NCBI GenBank assembly: GCA_965208675.1
Contig: OZ242351.1
Coordinates: 992,001 to 1,056,000, forward strand
DNA: 64,000 bases
DNA from: Candidatus Poribacteria bacterium
GTDB lineage: Bacteria > Poribacteria > WGA-4E > PCPOR2b
Reading direction: 5' to 3'
The position numbers and the translations under genes were made by a program. Positions 42,342-52,238 of this stretch are shown piece after piece. Numbering within the stretch: position 1 is the first letter of the stretch; each line of letters opens with the position of its first letter. The notes beneath the pieces were generated by a model. It did no database searches, was not told where the DNA came from, and was given only the letters and a program-made list of their open reading frames with translations.

Positions 42342-42458
42342 AATTTATCTTCCTCTATATAGATATTATAGTATCGCCGAGAATCGTCCAAGTGCGATAG
42401 TTGGTATTGAAATGGTGTAAATCCACCAAACGCCTAATCCTTGCCGTTAGATTTGGTT

Positions 42459-42714
42459 TTACTCTTTGATTTCATTATCGCCTCCGACAGTTTGCTGATG
42501 TGTCTGTCTCTGCAAATCGTGTACTGTCTTTTGTAAACTTCCAAGTAAGTTTATAATGCTTGATATATTCTCGCCATGCGATTTTACCAGTCTTGACAAT
42601 TCCCCGTGTGATTGGTCGATGTGTTCTCGCAAATTGTCGAGTCCGTCGTTAAGATCCATCTTAGTTGCATGATGCCTATCTAATCGGTTAAACTAAGCAT
42701 TGACAGTAGCAAAT
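42459..42714 (-). pseudogene. Coiled-coil gene fragment abutting the IS, probably truncated
   Basis: 66-aa heptad-like ORF. Its upstream frame contains a TAG and runs into the IS left end. Confidence 0.4.
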
Positions 42715-44048
42715 TGGAATGACCCCAAAAAACTGGACAGTGAGCTAAGAAGGATTTTATAATAATTAACCGTCCAGAAAGGGGCTATCATGTCGAAGAC
42801 AAGACGTCAATTTACACCCGAATTTAAGCTCGAATGTGTACTAGATATCATCAGTGGGCGGAAACGCCCAGTCGAAATTTGTAACGAATATCAAATCAGC
42901 GATACCTTACTGTCCAAATGGCGCCAACACTTCATGGAAAACGCTGCGAATCTCTTTGTGGGTGAGCAGAACCACAAGAACGCCTCCAATGCGCGCATCG
43001 CTGAACTGGAGCGTCTCGTCGGGCAATTGACACTGGAGCTGTCTGCCTCAAAAAAAGTATTGAGTTACTTCGACTCTCGATAAAGCAGAAACGGGAATTG
43101 GCGAAACGCGGCAGCGAAGCATTTCCCATTAGCCTACTGTGTAATGTGCTCGGCTTGTCTCGAAGCAGTTTCTATTACGATTCCAAAGCCGATGGTGATG
43201 CTCAGCTTTGCCGGCATATCGAGCAAATACGTTTATCAAATCACCGCTATGGGTATCGCAGAATCACAAATGAACTGCATCGTCAAGGATTGGTTGTCAA
43301 CCGAAAACGGGTGCAACGTCTGGTTGGCGCACTAGGGCTTCAGGTACGTCCTAGGCGAAAGCGGGTTATCACCACCAACAGTCAACCCGGACGATATGCG
43401 TATCCGAATTTGCTCAAAGATTTATCAGTCACTTATCCTGACCAGATATGGTGTGCAGATATCACCTATGTTCCACTGGCTAGTGGTCAAATGGCTTATC
43501 TGGCGTTATTGTTTGATGTTTTTACTCGAACCATAAGAGGCTGGGAGTTGTCAAAAAACATGTCAGTTAACCTGCTGTCTGGGGCTTTGAGAAAAGCATT
43601 AGCAAGACAGCATCGTCCGCAAATCCATCATTCAGACCGAGGTGGACAGTACATTGCTGAGAAGTATTGTCAGCAATTGAGAGCGATAGCGTGCCGCATT
43701 TCCATGACGGACCGTGGGAAACCGTGGCAGAATCCATACGTTGAGAGTACGATTGGCAGAATCAAAGACGAGTATATCGTTGACTCCGAGTATCAGAATT
43801 TCCGGGATGCATACAACCAACTTAGTCTAGTATTAGATGTCGTGTATAATCAGAAAAGGCCTCATTCAGCGCTAGGCTATCGGACACCTGCTGAATTCGA
43901 GGCAGCGTATAATGCACACTAGAACACCAATCGATATTTAATCTTGAATTAACAACGCAGCACTAACACAGTTATAGGTTAAGTCCTAAACTTCAAAATA
44001 CCTTCTTAACATCGACATTTTCGTGTCCAAACAATTGGGGTCACTGCC
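42715..44048 (+). mobile_element. IS3-family insertion sequence A (about 1334 bp)
   Basis: IRL TGGAATGACCCCAA...TGGACA and IRR TGTCCA...TTGGGGTCACTGCC, flanked by AAT on both sides; orfA/orfB organisation. Confidence 0.9.
42790..43922 (+). CDS. IS3 transposase OrfAB (orfA 42790-43083; orfB in -1 frame to 43922)
   Basis: HTH OrfA; A7G slippery site at 43050-43057; OrfB DDE motifs WCADITY, HHSDRG, NPYVES and RPHSALGY. Confidence 0.92.
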
Positions 44049-44051
44049 AAT

Positions 44052-45367
44052 TATAATTACCCCCAAAAACTAGACAGTGTCTTAAGGTGGAATTGTTGCT
44101 GTCAAAACGGCCATGTTATGAGCCATAATAAGGCTCAGCAATGCCAAGAATTGCGAAAGGAGTTTGTTTAACATGGCTCGTAGAAAACAGTACGATAATC
44201 GATTCAAAGCGCAGGTGGCGATTGAAGCCATTAAAAATGAACGCACCATGGCGCAGATTGCCAGTGACTACGAAGTCCACCCGAATCAGGTCAGGCAGTG
44301 GAAAAGACAGATTCTGGAACAATCACCCCAGCTATTTGCGAACGGACACACGCAATCAACTTCCGACAACGACCGCCTTATAGCTGAACTCTACCGGCAA
44401 ATCGGTCAGTTGAAGGTAGAACTAGACTGGCTTCAAAAAAAAACTCGAATGCTCCATTAGCACAGAAGCGGCGGCTTGTCAAGCAAGAGCGCGGTGCTCC
44501 ATCGGTTTCGAGACAGTGCGAACTGTTAGGGTTGCCGCGCGCTTCGTATTATTATCAACCCGCAGCGGAAGAATCGCCGGAAAACCTGCTTTATATGCGT
44601 CTGATTGATGAACAGTACATTAAAACGCCGTGCTACGGTGTCCCTCGAATGACGGACTGGCTATGTGATAATGGCCACGCTGTCAACCGGAAACGGATTG
44701 CTCGGTTGATGCGAAAGATGGACTTAGTTGCCATCTATCCCAAGCCCCGTCTCTCCAAGCACGGCAGGCCGTCGAAAAAGTATGCTTATCTACTGAAGGA
44801 TTCAATTATCACTCGACCGGACCAGGTATGGGCAACTGATATCACCTATATCCGTTTGAACACCGGCTTTGTGTATCTAGTGGCGATTATGGATTGGTAC
44901 TCTCGATATGTGTTATCATGGGAATTGTCAAATACACTAGACGTTTACTTTTGTCTATCGGCACTGGAACGGGCATTGAGTTGTTCTAGCCCTTTGATAT
45001 TCAATAGCGACCAGGGCGCGCAGTTCACGTCAGATGCCTTTACGACTCGGCTTGAATCGGCTAACATTGCCATCAGTTGGACTGGTGCTGGCAGCGTGTT
45101 TGACAACATTTTAATTGAGCGGCTCTGGCGGACCGTCAAGTATGAACATGTGTATCTTCACGCTTATGACTCAGTTCACGCGGTTTGGTGTGGCTTGAAC
45201 AACTATTTCAAGTTTTATAATGAGGAGCGGCTTCATACGTCGCTCAATACTAGAACACCTCATGAGGTGTATTTTCAAAAATCCTAGGTGTTGAAGCATA
45301 GCCGGATTGTCTAGCAATTACACCTTAATAGACGAGCATTACTGTCTAAACATTGGGGGTAAGTAAA
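44052..45367 (+). mobile_element. IS3-family insertion sequence B (about 1316 bp), different from A
   Basis: IRL TATAATTACCCCCAAAAACTAGACAG and IRR CTGTCTAAACATTGGGGGTAAGTAAA. No matching target duplication. Confidence 0.88.
44173..45287 (+). CDS. IS3 transposase OrfAB (orfA 44173-44460; orfB in -1 frame to 45287)
   Basis: FKAQVAIEA OrfA; A9 run at 44435-44443; OrfB motifs WATDITY, FNSDQGAQF and ERLWRTVKYE. Confidence 0.92.
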
Positions 45368-45581
45368 CCTTCCTATGACCAAAATGCGTTGGCTTACGCT
45401 CCACCAATCACATTTACTTACGCAACCAAACCACGCTATGCGCGGGCACATTGAGAATCCTGCTGCCTGCCCCGCAAAACGCAACCTACTTCAACTTGCC
45501 CGCCTTTCAGGTTTAGCCACAAACTACGCATTGAGTTTTACTGTCCGACTTTGGTATGATATGGGGGCTAGGAGAATGGCT

Positions 45582-47207
45582 ATGAATATGCTGTATTACG
45601 GAGATAACCTCGAAATCCTAAGAGAGCATATCCCCGATGAAAGCGTAGATTTGATATACATTGATCCGCCGTTCAACTCAAATCAGGCCTACAATGTCAT
45701 TTTCAGTGAGACAGACGGCACAGCATCACAAGCGCAAATTCAAGCCTTCGAGGACACATGGCGGTGGGGCGACGCCACTGAGCAGGCATACCATGAGTTG
45801 GTCGGCACCGCGCCGCACGTTCTAGTTGAGACAATCAAGAGTTTTCGCGGCTTCCTTACCGAGACGAACCTGATGGCATATCTCGTGATGATGGCGCTGC
45901 GATTAGTGGAGCTGCACCGCGTCCTTAAGCCGACTGGGAGTTTTTATCTCCATTGTGACCCGAAAGCATCGCATTATCTGAAGATCATTTTAGACCAGGT
46001 GTTTGGAGTTCAGAATTTCCGGAACGAAATTTATTGGAAAAGAAAGACAGGGCGTGCCGGCCCAACCAACCGCTTTGGAACATCCTGTGATATACTCCTT
46101 TGGTATTCTAAATCTAATGACTATACGTTTACTCCTCAATTTCGCAAGAGTAATACTGAATATATAGAAAAGATGTTTCGCTTTACCGATGAGGATGGAC
46201 GAATCTATATGACTGATAACCTTGCAAGCCCTAATCCAAGGCCGAATCTAACGTATGAGTATAAAGGCTATAAACCGCCGGAGAAAGGATGGGCAATATC
46301 ACGGGAAAAAATGGAACAGTGGGATAGAGAGGGCAGGCTCCATTTTCCTAAATCTCCTAATGGTCGCATCCAGCGGAAACGATACTTGGATGAGTTGATA
46401 GGAGAAGAAGTTCCCTCGCTTTGGGACGACATTCTTGCCATTGGGTCACAAGCTAAAGAACGTCTAGGCTATCCAACCCAAAAACCTGAAGCACTGCTAG
46501 AGCGGGTAATTGAAGCCAGTAGTAACGAGGGCGATGTTGTTTTGGACGCCTTCTGTGGTTGCGGCACGGCTGTCGCCGTTGGCGAACGGCTCAACCGCCA
46601 GTGGATTGGGATTGACATTACGCACCTTGCTATCTCCTTATTGAAGTATCGCCTTGCAGATGCCTTCGGCGATGATGCGGAATATGAAATCGTCGGTGAG
46701 CCAAAAGACATGGCCAGCGCGGAGGCTTTAGCCGTTCAGGATCGTTATCAATTCCAATGGTGGGCGTTGAGCCTGATTCGGGCAAGACCTTATAAGGAGA
46801 AAAAAAGAGGGGCTGACGAAGGCGTGGACGGGGTTATCTATTATCAAGACGTTGAGCCGGATAACACGAAAAAGGTGCTAACTCGGAAGATTGTCGTTCA
46901 AGTCAAAAGCGGGAAGGTTTCTGTCAAGGACATACGAGAACTCAAATCGGTCGTCGAAAATCAAGACGCTGTAATCGGTGTCTTTATCACTCTCAACACC
47001 CCAACCCAGCCGATGCTCAAGGAAGCGGCAGCGGCAGGTCGATTTCAATGGCTTCACGTCAAAGACATCACGTATCCAAAGATTCAGATTCGCACGATAC
47101 AAGAATTGCTAGATGGGAAGGGTATCGAGTATCCGCGTACACCTACTGATGTCACGTTTCGCAAAGCGAAGCGGGCAAACCCGAAAGTCGATCAGCTGGA
47201 GCTTTAG
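45582..47207 (+). CDS. N4/N6 (beta-class) DNA methyltransferase fused to a C-terminal Mrr-like restriction endonuclease domain
   Basis: GDNL, IDPPF, YPTQKP and DAFCGCGT; C-terminal ADEGVDG...VQVKSG nuclease motif. The AGGAG RBS supports ATG 45582. Confidence 0.9.
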   Translation: MNMLYYGDNLEILREHIPDESVDLIYIDPPFNSNQAYNVIFSETDGTASQAQIQAFEDTWRWGDATEQAYHELVGTAPHVLVETIKSFRGFLTETNLMAYLVMMALRLVELHRVLKPTGSFYLHCDPKASHYLKIILDQVFGVQNFRNEIYWKRKTGRAGPTNRFGTSCDILLWYSKSNDYTFTPQFRKSNTEYIEKMFRFTDEDGRIYMTDNLASPNPRPNLTYEYKGYKPPEKGWAISREKMEQWDREGRLHFPKSPNGRIQRKRYLDELIGEEVPSLWDDILAIGSQAKERLGYPTQKPEALLERVIEASSNEGDVVLDAFCGCGTAVAVGERLNRQWIGIDITHLAISLLKYRLADAFGDDAEYEIVGEPKDMASAEALAVQDRYQFQWWALSLIRARPYKEKKRGADEGVDGVIYYQDVEPDNTKKVLTRKIVVQVKSGKVSVKDIRELKSVVENQDAVIGVFITLNTPTQPMLKEAAAAGRFQWLHVKDITYPKIQIRTIQELLDGKGIEYPRTPTDVTFRKAKRANPKVDQLEL

Positions 47208-47278
47208 TCGGAAATCATGGTTTTCCGGTTCAACACACCGTCTTAAATGGGGGCTGCGTAACTCAGCATCCTTAGCAC

Positions 47279-47659
47279 TCACTCCGCATTTATAATATCC
47301 TCAAACTCCGAACACCGATGCGCTTTTGCATATTCTCGGCACACATCCCGCCACAAACGGCTCTCCCACAACGCTAAAATCAAGTCCTTCACCTCGGTAT
47401 AGTGTGTAAATCCTACCTCCCGCCTTAACTCACCCTCAAAAGCGCCCCAACTAACATTTTCTCCATCTATGTATCTGTTATGATATTTTTCGCAAATATC
47501 ATCGACTATCCTCATCCGAGGGTCTCGCCGTGCCCAGCCCTTGTGTATTTTGAATCGGTCAAGCGGCCATTGACTCTTGTCCTTGCTTTCGCTAAGTATG
47601 AAAGTAATCGCATCCGCAATCATCTCAATATGGTCTCTAATTGTGTTTTCATCCGACAT
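47279..47659 (-). CDS. Hypothetical protein (126 aa)
   Basis: AAAGGAA RBS, ATG start and globular composition; no family recognised. Confidence 0.7.
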   Translation of the reverse strand: MSDENTIRDHIEMIADAITFILSESKDKSQWPLDRFKIHKGWARRDPRMRIVDDICEKYHNRYIDGENVSWGAFEGELRREVGFTHYTEVKDLILALWESRLWRDVCREYAKAHRCSEFEDIINAE

Positions 47660-47819
47660 TTTTAGTTCCTTTCTGAAAATATTACGAGTTCCGCACTAAC
47701 GTCGCGCAAACATAACTATGACATATTCAAAAACTCATAAATTCATCCAAACAGCCCGTTATAATACCTGTGATCCCACTATCCTCTTCCCATGCCATTG
47801 TTGTTGTCCTCGACTGTGT

Positions 47820-47848
47820 TTGACAAACTAAATAAAAAGGGATAAAAT
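47820..47848 (+). promoter_or_regulatory. sigma70 promoter, probably giving a leaderless transcript
   Basis: TTGACA-17 nt-TAAAAT, with 8 nt between the -10 box and GTG 47857; no RBS. Confidence 0.65.
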
Positions 47849-47856
47849 TTAGAATT

Positions 47857-48285
47857 GTGCTAGAACGTACTGATGAACAAAAAAGAGAAATTGAGGACAT
47901 TAAGGAACGGATGAGAGCGAAAATCCGGGAGGCGCTTCCGGGGATAAGACGACGTGTTATTCGGGAACAGGGCCCGGAGATTATGCGCCGCGCTCTCGAA
48001 CGAACTTACGCTGACATTCCCGGCGAAATAGGTAAAGAGGTTCAAGAAGCATTTGCTGCATACGTCGCTCATTTGCCATTTGAAACGATGCCGACTGATA
48101 TCAAAGTGAGATACAAACGAATAGAAGGTTCACTGTATTATATTCGATTTGGACTTGGATTGCGCCTCAACGATCCGAAGATTGGTGACATGAAGTTAGC
48201 GGACTTGCCCGGAGTAAAAGAGGACCAGGAATTAGAGCGAACCGGCAAAGTACGTACTAATTCCAATCGCCCTGTTGTTCCGTAA
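47857..48285 (+). CDS. Hypothetical protein, paralogue of the next gene
   Basis: 142-aa ORF sharing ordered motifs with 48298-48627. Confidence 0.75.
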   Translation: MLERTDEQKREIEDIKERMRAKIREALPGIRRRVIREQGPEIMRRALERTYADIPGEIGKEVQEAFAAYVAHLPFETMPTDIKVRYKRIEGSLYYIRFGLGLRLNDPKIGDMKLADLPGVKEDQELERTGKVRTNSNRPVVP

Positions 48286-48297
48286 CAGGAGAAACTG

Positions 48298-48627
48298 ATG
48301 CGTATTGATTCAACAAAGCAAGCACGTTTTGAATCTTTGATTCGAACACGTACTGAATTTGAACCCGGCACGGTCGGAGCGGAATTTAACGAAGCGTTTG
48401 AGGAATTTAAAAAAACATACCCAATACCAGATTCTGTATTGGAATCCGATGCTTACGACGAATGGGATTCACGAAATGAAGTGCAGCGGTACCGGCGGAT
48501 TAAATTGATAATATGGGATATAAAGAGAAGGCAACCGGAATTGAATTCAACGCAAATCCATGAACTCATGCTTTCAGATGTGCCAGAGTGGACTGAGTCG
48601 CCTTACCTTTTGCCCTTGTCGGAGTAA
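48298..48627 (+). CDS. Hypothetical protein, paralogue of the previous gene
   Basis: 109-aa ORF with AGGAG RBS and shared motifs. Confidence 0.78.
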   Translation: MRIDSTKQARFESLIRTRTEFEPGTVGAEFNEAFEEFKKTYPIPDSVLESDAYDEWDSRNEVQRYRRIKLIIWDIKRRQPELNSTQIHELMLSDVPEWTESPYLLPLSE

Positions 48628-49080
48628 AGTTATACTTTTACTTTTTGTACTTTCCCTTTTGCATGTCGTAAGTGTTCAGGGGGATGCTTGTGCCCATTAG
48701 CTCGTGGACTGCGTCTTCAAATTCTTCGCTCCATTAAAAACCGAAAATGGTGTCCGCGTGAAATATTACAATACCATCGCAGGTCCGCGTCCGGGTGCGT
48801 GCATCACCCCGTAAAACGTGGATTACTGGGTATGGCGTTTGGTGCCCCTCCGAGTCCAATCCCAGCCGCTGCGTGAGGCGATATTTAGCGCCTAATCTAC
48901 ACCAAAGAGATTTTCAGCCGCATTTGGGGATCGATAAATGGACGTAGACACTCCCTCCCGAAAAAATTCTTCCCCCTCCATTGCAAACCCATCACTATGA
49001 TTGACACTTCGGAAGAATGCTGCCCTTTCGCTGGCGTCAAAATCTTCAATATACGTAAATTTCGTAATTTTGCATGGCAT
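48626..49080 (-). pseudogene. Possible decayed gene
   Basis: Protein-like fragments in changing frames (YIEDFDASERAAFF..., GIVIFHADTIFGF*WSEEFEDAVHELMG...) broken by stops; no family recognised. Confidence 0.3.
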
Positions 49081-49433
49081 AACCGCGGAGTTAAATTGTT
49101 CATCACACGGATCGTGATCTTAAAAATTTTCATTGAACGCCGTAGCTTAGTTTACTAAATCCTGTCTAACCTGTCAACCTCCCCACTGTCCCTTCGCGCA
49201 CTTCCTACCAGAGGTTCTCGAATAAATACAAAATTCACCTATTCTCGACCAAACCAATCCCGAAGCAAACCAAAAACTTCCCTGCATAAAAAATCTCATT
49301 GACTCGTTCTGCAAAATGCTAAACGCATGTTTACGTGGATGTCAACTTTTTTATCGTGATTTTTACACATTTACGATATTTTACAATATTAGTCAAGGAT
49401 TTTTTCGTTCGCTTTCCATTTTTGTATTTCCTC

Positions 49434-49749
49434 TTGACACTAGTGTAAATTGTATTGTATCATTTAACAGTAGTAAAACCATCATTACCAATAAGACGTA
49501 CTACATCATCTTCTAACCCCAATACACGACCTCACGGGTACGCTAGATGCCGCAGCGGGGATATTGTTTTCGCGCCGTATGCACCAAAAAATCGAGGCTT
49601 TGACCGGTAAAATTACACCCGTGTAATTCGCAAATCGCACGGAGGCGCTCTAATACTAAATCCATTAAGATTTCTGATGTGTAAATGTAATGCCTATCTC
49701 CCTAAAACCGCACCAACACTAGCTTCCGGCGATTCCAAAATTACACCCG
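49434..49749 (+). promoter_or_regulatory. Promoter and repeated TTACAC-N2-GTGTAA operator-like sites upstream of the terminase pair
   Basis: TTGACA-18 nt-TATCAT with TGACAC-TA-GTGTAA over the -35; perfect AATTACAC-CC-GTGTAATT at 49611-49628; AAAATTACACCCG repeated at 49609 and 49737. Confidence 0.55.
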
Positions 49750-49769
49750 CCGGCACAGGAGGGCAATAA

Positions 49770-50354
49770 ATGAACGGCAATCCAACCTGGTTGGAAGCCC
49801 TGCAAGACGATGATGTTAGAAAACATATCGCATACCACATCACGCTGGTCGGCACCACCAAAGCGGTCAATGCAATCTATCATAATCCGGCTTTCGCAGG
49901 TTGCCGAACCGGTGACGCAAAGCAGGATCGTAACGCCATACGCTCCGCAATTCAGGTTTGCAATCCGAGAAATAGAGACCGCTTCAACAGCCAAAAATAC
50001 GGTGCCGCCGTCGCAGATGCGATGAGCCACCTTTTGGAGTATTTAGTCTCAAAATCCATCCCGAACCTTGAACAAACCCAGGAACGGTTGCAAAAAGTCG
50101 ACGACCAAGCCGCCAAAACGGAGGACATCGATGACCTTAAACAACTCCTACTGCAACAGCAAATTCACATTCGACATCAAGGAGCCCTATTATCCCAGAT
50201 GCAATGGGCTTTTCAGTTCCTGCAATGGCGCGCGCAACATGCCGGTCCCGGTGCAGCCCAACCCCGGCTTGATTCGGAAGATGCGCTCGGGGAACTCCCC
50301 GAACCTCCTGAGTCGCTACGAGGAAATTCGACGCCGGCGCAAAGTCCTGAATGA
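49770..50354 (+). CDS. Putative terminase small subunit (positional assignment)
   Basis: AGGAGG RBS; 194-aa helical/coiled-coil protein directly upstream of and overlapping TerL. No sequence motif recognised. Confidence 0.55.
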   Translation: MNGNPTWLEALQDDDVRKHIAYHITLVGTTKAVNAIYHNPAFAGCRTGDAKQDRNAIRSAIQVCNPRNRDRFNSQKYGAAVADAMSHLLEYLVSKSIPNLEQTQERLQKVDDQAAKTEDIDDLKQLLLQQQIHIRHQGALLSQMQWAFQFLQWRAQHAGPGAAQPRLDSEDALGELPEPPESLRGNSTPAQSPE

Positions 50355-52059
50355 TGACGACCGGGCGCTAATCGTCCACATGGCTTATCTCGATCCGAGG
50401 TTCTTTGTCGAATACTACCTCCACGACCCGCAGTCCATGTCCCCCCTGCAGCCCCACCATGTCCGCCTGCTCAACCTCATCCCCTACGACAAAACCGGCG
50501 TCAAAGTCAACGTCCAAGCCCCGCGCGGCTCCGCCAAGACAACCTGCTGCGCCGTCTGGTACCCGCTCTGGAGAATCTGTTTCAAATCATTTCAACTCGC
50601 TGAAGGCGTCCCGGAAGAAAAATTCATCCTCATCATCAGCCGCAATCAAACCATGGCAAAGGGCATTCTCGAAAACCTCAAACGTCTAACCGAAAATGAG
50701 AATATTGTCCGGGACTTTGGTAACCTATCTGGTCGTGTATGGAAAAAAGATGAATGCGAGACCGCTAACGGCGTCGCTGTCCGAGTGCTCGGACGAAAGC
50801 AGTCCCCGCGCGGCGCTCTCGTCGCCGGTAAACGCCCCTCGCTCGTCGTCGTCGACGACCTCGAAGACCCGAAACGCTGCTTAAACCCCGATCTGCGTGA
50901 GGAAGATGCGGACTGGTTCTTTTCGGACATCATGTTCGCCTCCGACATCGGCGGAAACCTTAACGTCATCTACGCCGACACCGTCAAGCATCCGGACAGC
51001 CTGTCCATGCGTCTAACACAAACCCCCGGCTGGAACAAAGTCCACTTCAAAGCAATCCTCGACCCCGAAGACCTCTACCACCCCACCCACGAACATCTCT
51101 GGAAAGGTTGGGACGCAATTTATAGTGACTTGTCGTTAGACGACGCAGAACGAGAAGCCAAAGCCGACGAATTCTACAACGCGCATGAGGAGCAGTTGAA
51201 CGCCGGCGTCACCGCTCTTTGGCCCGAAGAGCTGTCCTACCTGAAAGTCCGCAAGATGATCGCAGAGCGCGGATACCACTACACCCTGCGCGAACTGCAA
51301 AACATCGCTCGCGACCCAAGCATGTCATTGTTCGACATTGAGAACGCCATGACGTTTGAGGTCGTTGACGCAGGCTTAAAACGAGGCGACGGTCGCATCG
51401 TCGAATGGCATCAGATCGGCGGCTTCACCACCTACATCGACACCATGGGCGGCCGCGACGCGCAGCAGAATTCCTACGCCTGCGCTGTCGTCGTCGTATG
51501 GGAGCCGCTGCCCGGCGGACGCAAATCCCACCCCGATTCGTTAGCCGGTGTCAACGCTTACGTGCTGGACTGCTGGATGGGCAAAGCTGGACGCGCCGAA
51601 CAGTTCGAGAACGGCATTCTTAAACACCAGCGTTCGGACGCCGTGCTGTACAGAGCCGTACCAAAATCGTATTTTGTGGCTGAGGAGCGTCCGGACCCGG
51701 ACCGCTCCATCCGAACGTCTTACGATAATGTATTCAACGCGCTAAAAGAAGAACTCAAATTTGAAAAGCCGCTGGTCTATCACCCGCAGACACAAAATAA
51801 AGAAGAACGCATTGCAAACTTGGAGCCGCCCATCAAGAACGGTTGGCTCGCATTCAATAAGGTAGGTTTGCCGAGTGAGTTCTGGAAGCAGATGCGCGAA
51901 TTCCCGACTTCCGAGCACAACGACGCCCCCGACGCTGTTCAGGGCGCGCTTCGCCACAGAATCACCACCACCCCCAAGCAGCGCGAACACGACGAACGGC
52001 GTCAACGCGCACGCGACGAGTGGTATGGCGAATACGGACGTCCAACCGTCCATCTATAA
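50281..52059 (+). CDS. Phage terminase large subunit (start uncertain: 50239 or 50281)
   Basis: Walker A APRGSAKTT, RG...RPSLVVVDDLED Walker B, nuclease YIDT, NKEERI..LEP and FP..EHNDAPDAVQGA. Confidence 0.88.
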   Translation: MRSGNSPNLLSRYEEIRRRRKVLNDDDRALIVHMAYLDPRFFVEYYLHDPQSMSPLQPHHVRLLNLIPYDKTGVKVNVQAPRGSAKTTCCAVWYPLWRICFKSFQLAEGVPEEKFILIISRNQTMAKGILENLKRLTENENIVRDFGNLSGRVWKKDECETANGVAVRVLGRKQSPRGALVAGKRPSLVVVDDLEDPKRCLNPDLREEDADWFFSDIMFASDIGGNLNVIYADTVKHPDSLSMRLTQTPGWNKVHFKAILDPEDLYHPTHEHLWKGWDAIYSDLSLDDAEREAKADEFYNAHEEQLNAGVTALWPEELSYLKVRKMIAERGYHYTLRELQNIARDPSMSLFDIENAMTFEVVDAGLKRGDGRIVEWHQIGGFTTYIDTMGGRDAQQNSYACAVVVVWEPLPGGRKSHPDSLAGVNAYVLDCWMGKAGRAEQFENGILKHQRSDAVLYRAVPKSYFVAEERPDPDRSIRTSYDNVFNALKEELKFEKPLVYHPQTQNKEERIANLEPPIKNGWLAFNKVGLPSEFWKQMREFPTSEHNDAPDAVQGALRHRITTTPKQREHDERRQRARDEWYGEYGRPTVHL

Positions 52060-52095
52060 CGCCGCGAAAACCGCACTGTTAGCAGGCATTCAGGA

Positions 52096-52228
52096 TTGAC
52101 CGTCCAGGTTTAAATTTGATATACTATTCCTGACGGCGGCTAATGACACGCTGCGCCTGAACATTACGGCTTAGGAGAAGCGGTTACCGAATTTTAATTT
52201 GATTTTTGTCGCGAGAGTTTAGTATAAT
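52096..52228 (+). promoter_or_regulatory. Two tandem sigma70-like promoters
   Basis: TTGACC-18 nt-TATACT with extended TG (52096-52125), and TTGATT-18 nt-TATAAT (52199-52228). Confidence 0.55.
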
Positions 52229-52238
52229 TAATACTAGT

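Noticed and set aside
45375-45581. ORF-track N-terminal extension of the methyltransferase
   Set aside because: Family similarity starts at LYYGDNL, and the RBS points to ATG 45582.
50068-50238. ORF-track N-terminal extension of the terminase large subunit
   Set aside because: It lies fully within the upstream gene, starts at a TTG without an RBS and does not resemble TerL.
40204-52100. Complete prophage or integrative element
   Set aside because: No integrase, tRNA, att repeats, replication, portal, capsid or tail genes were seen.
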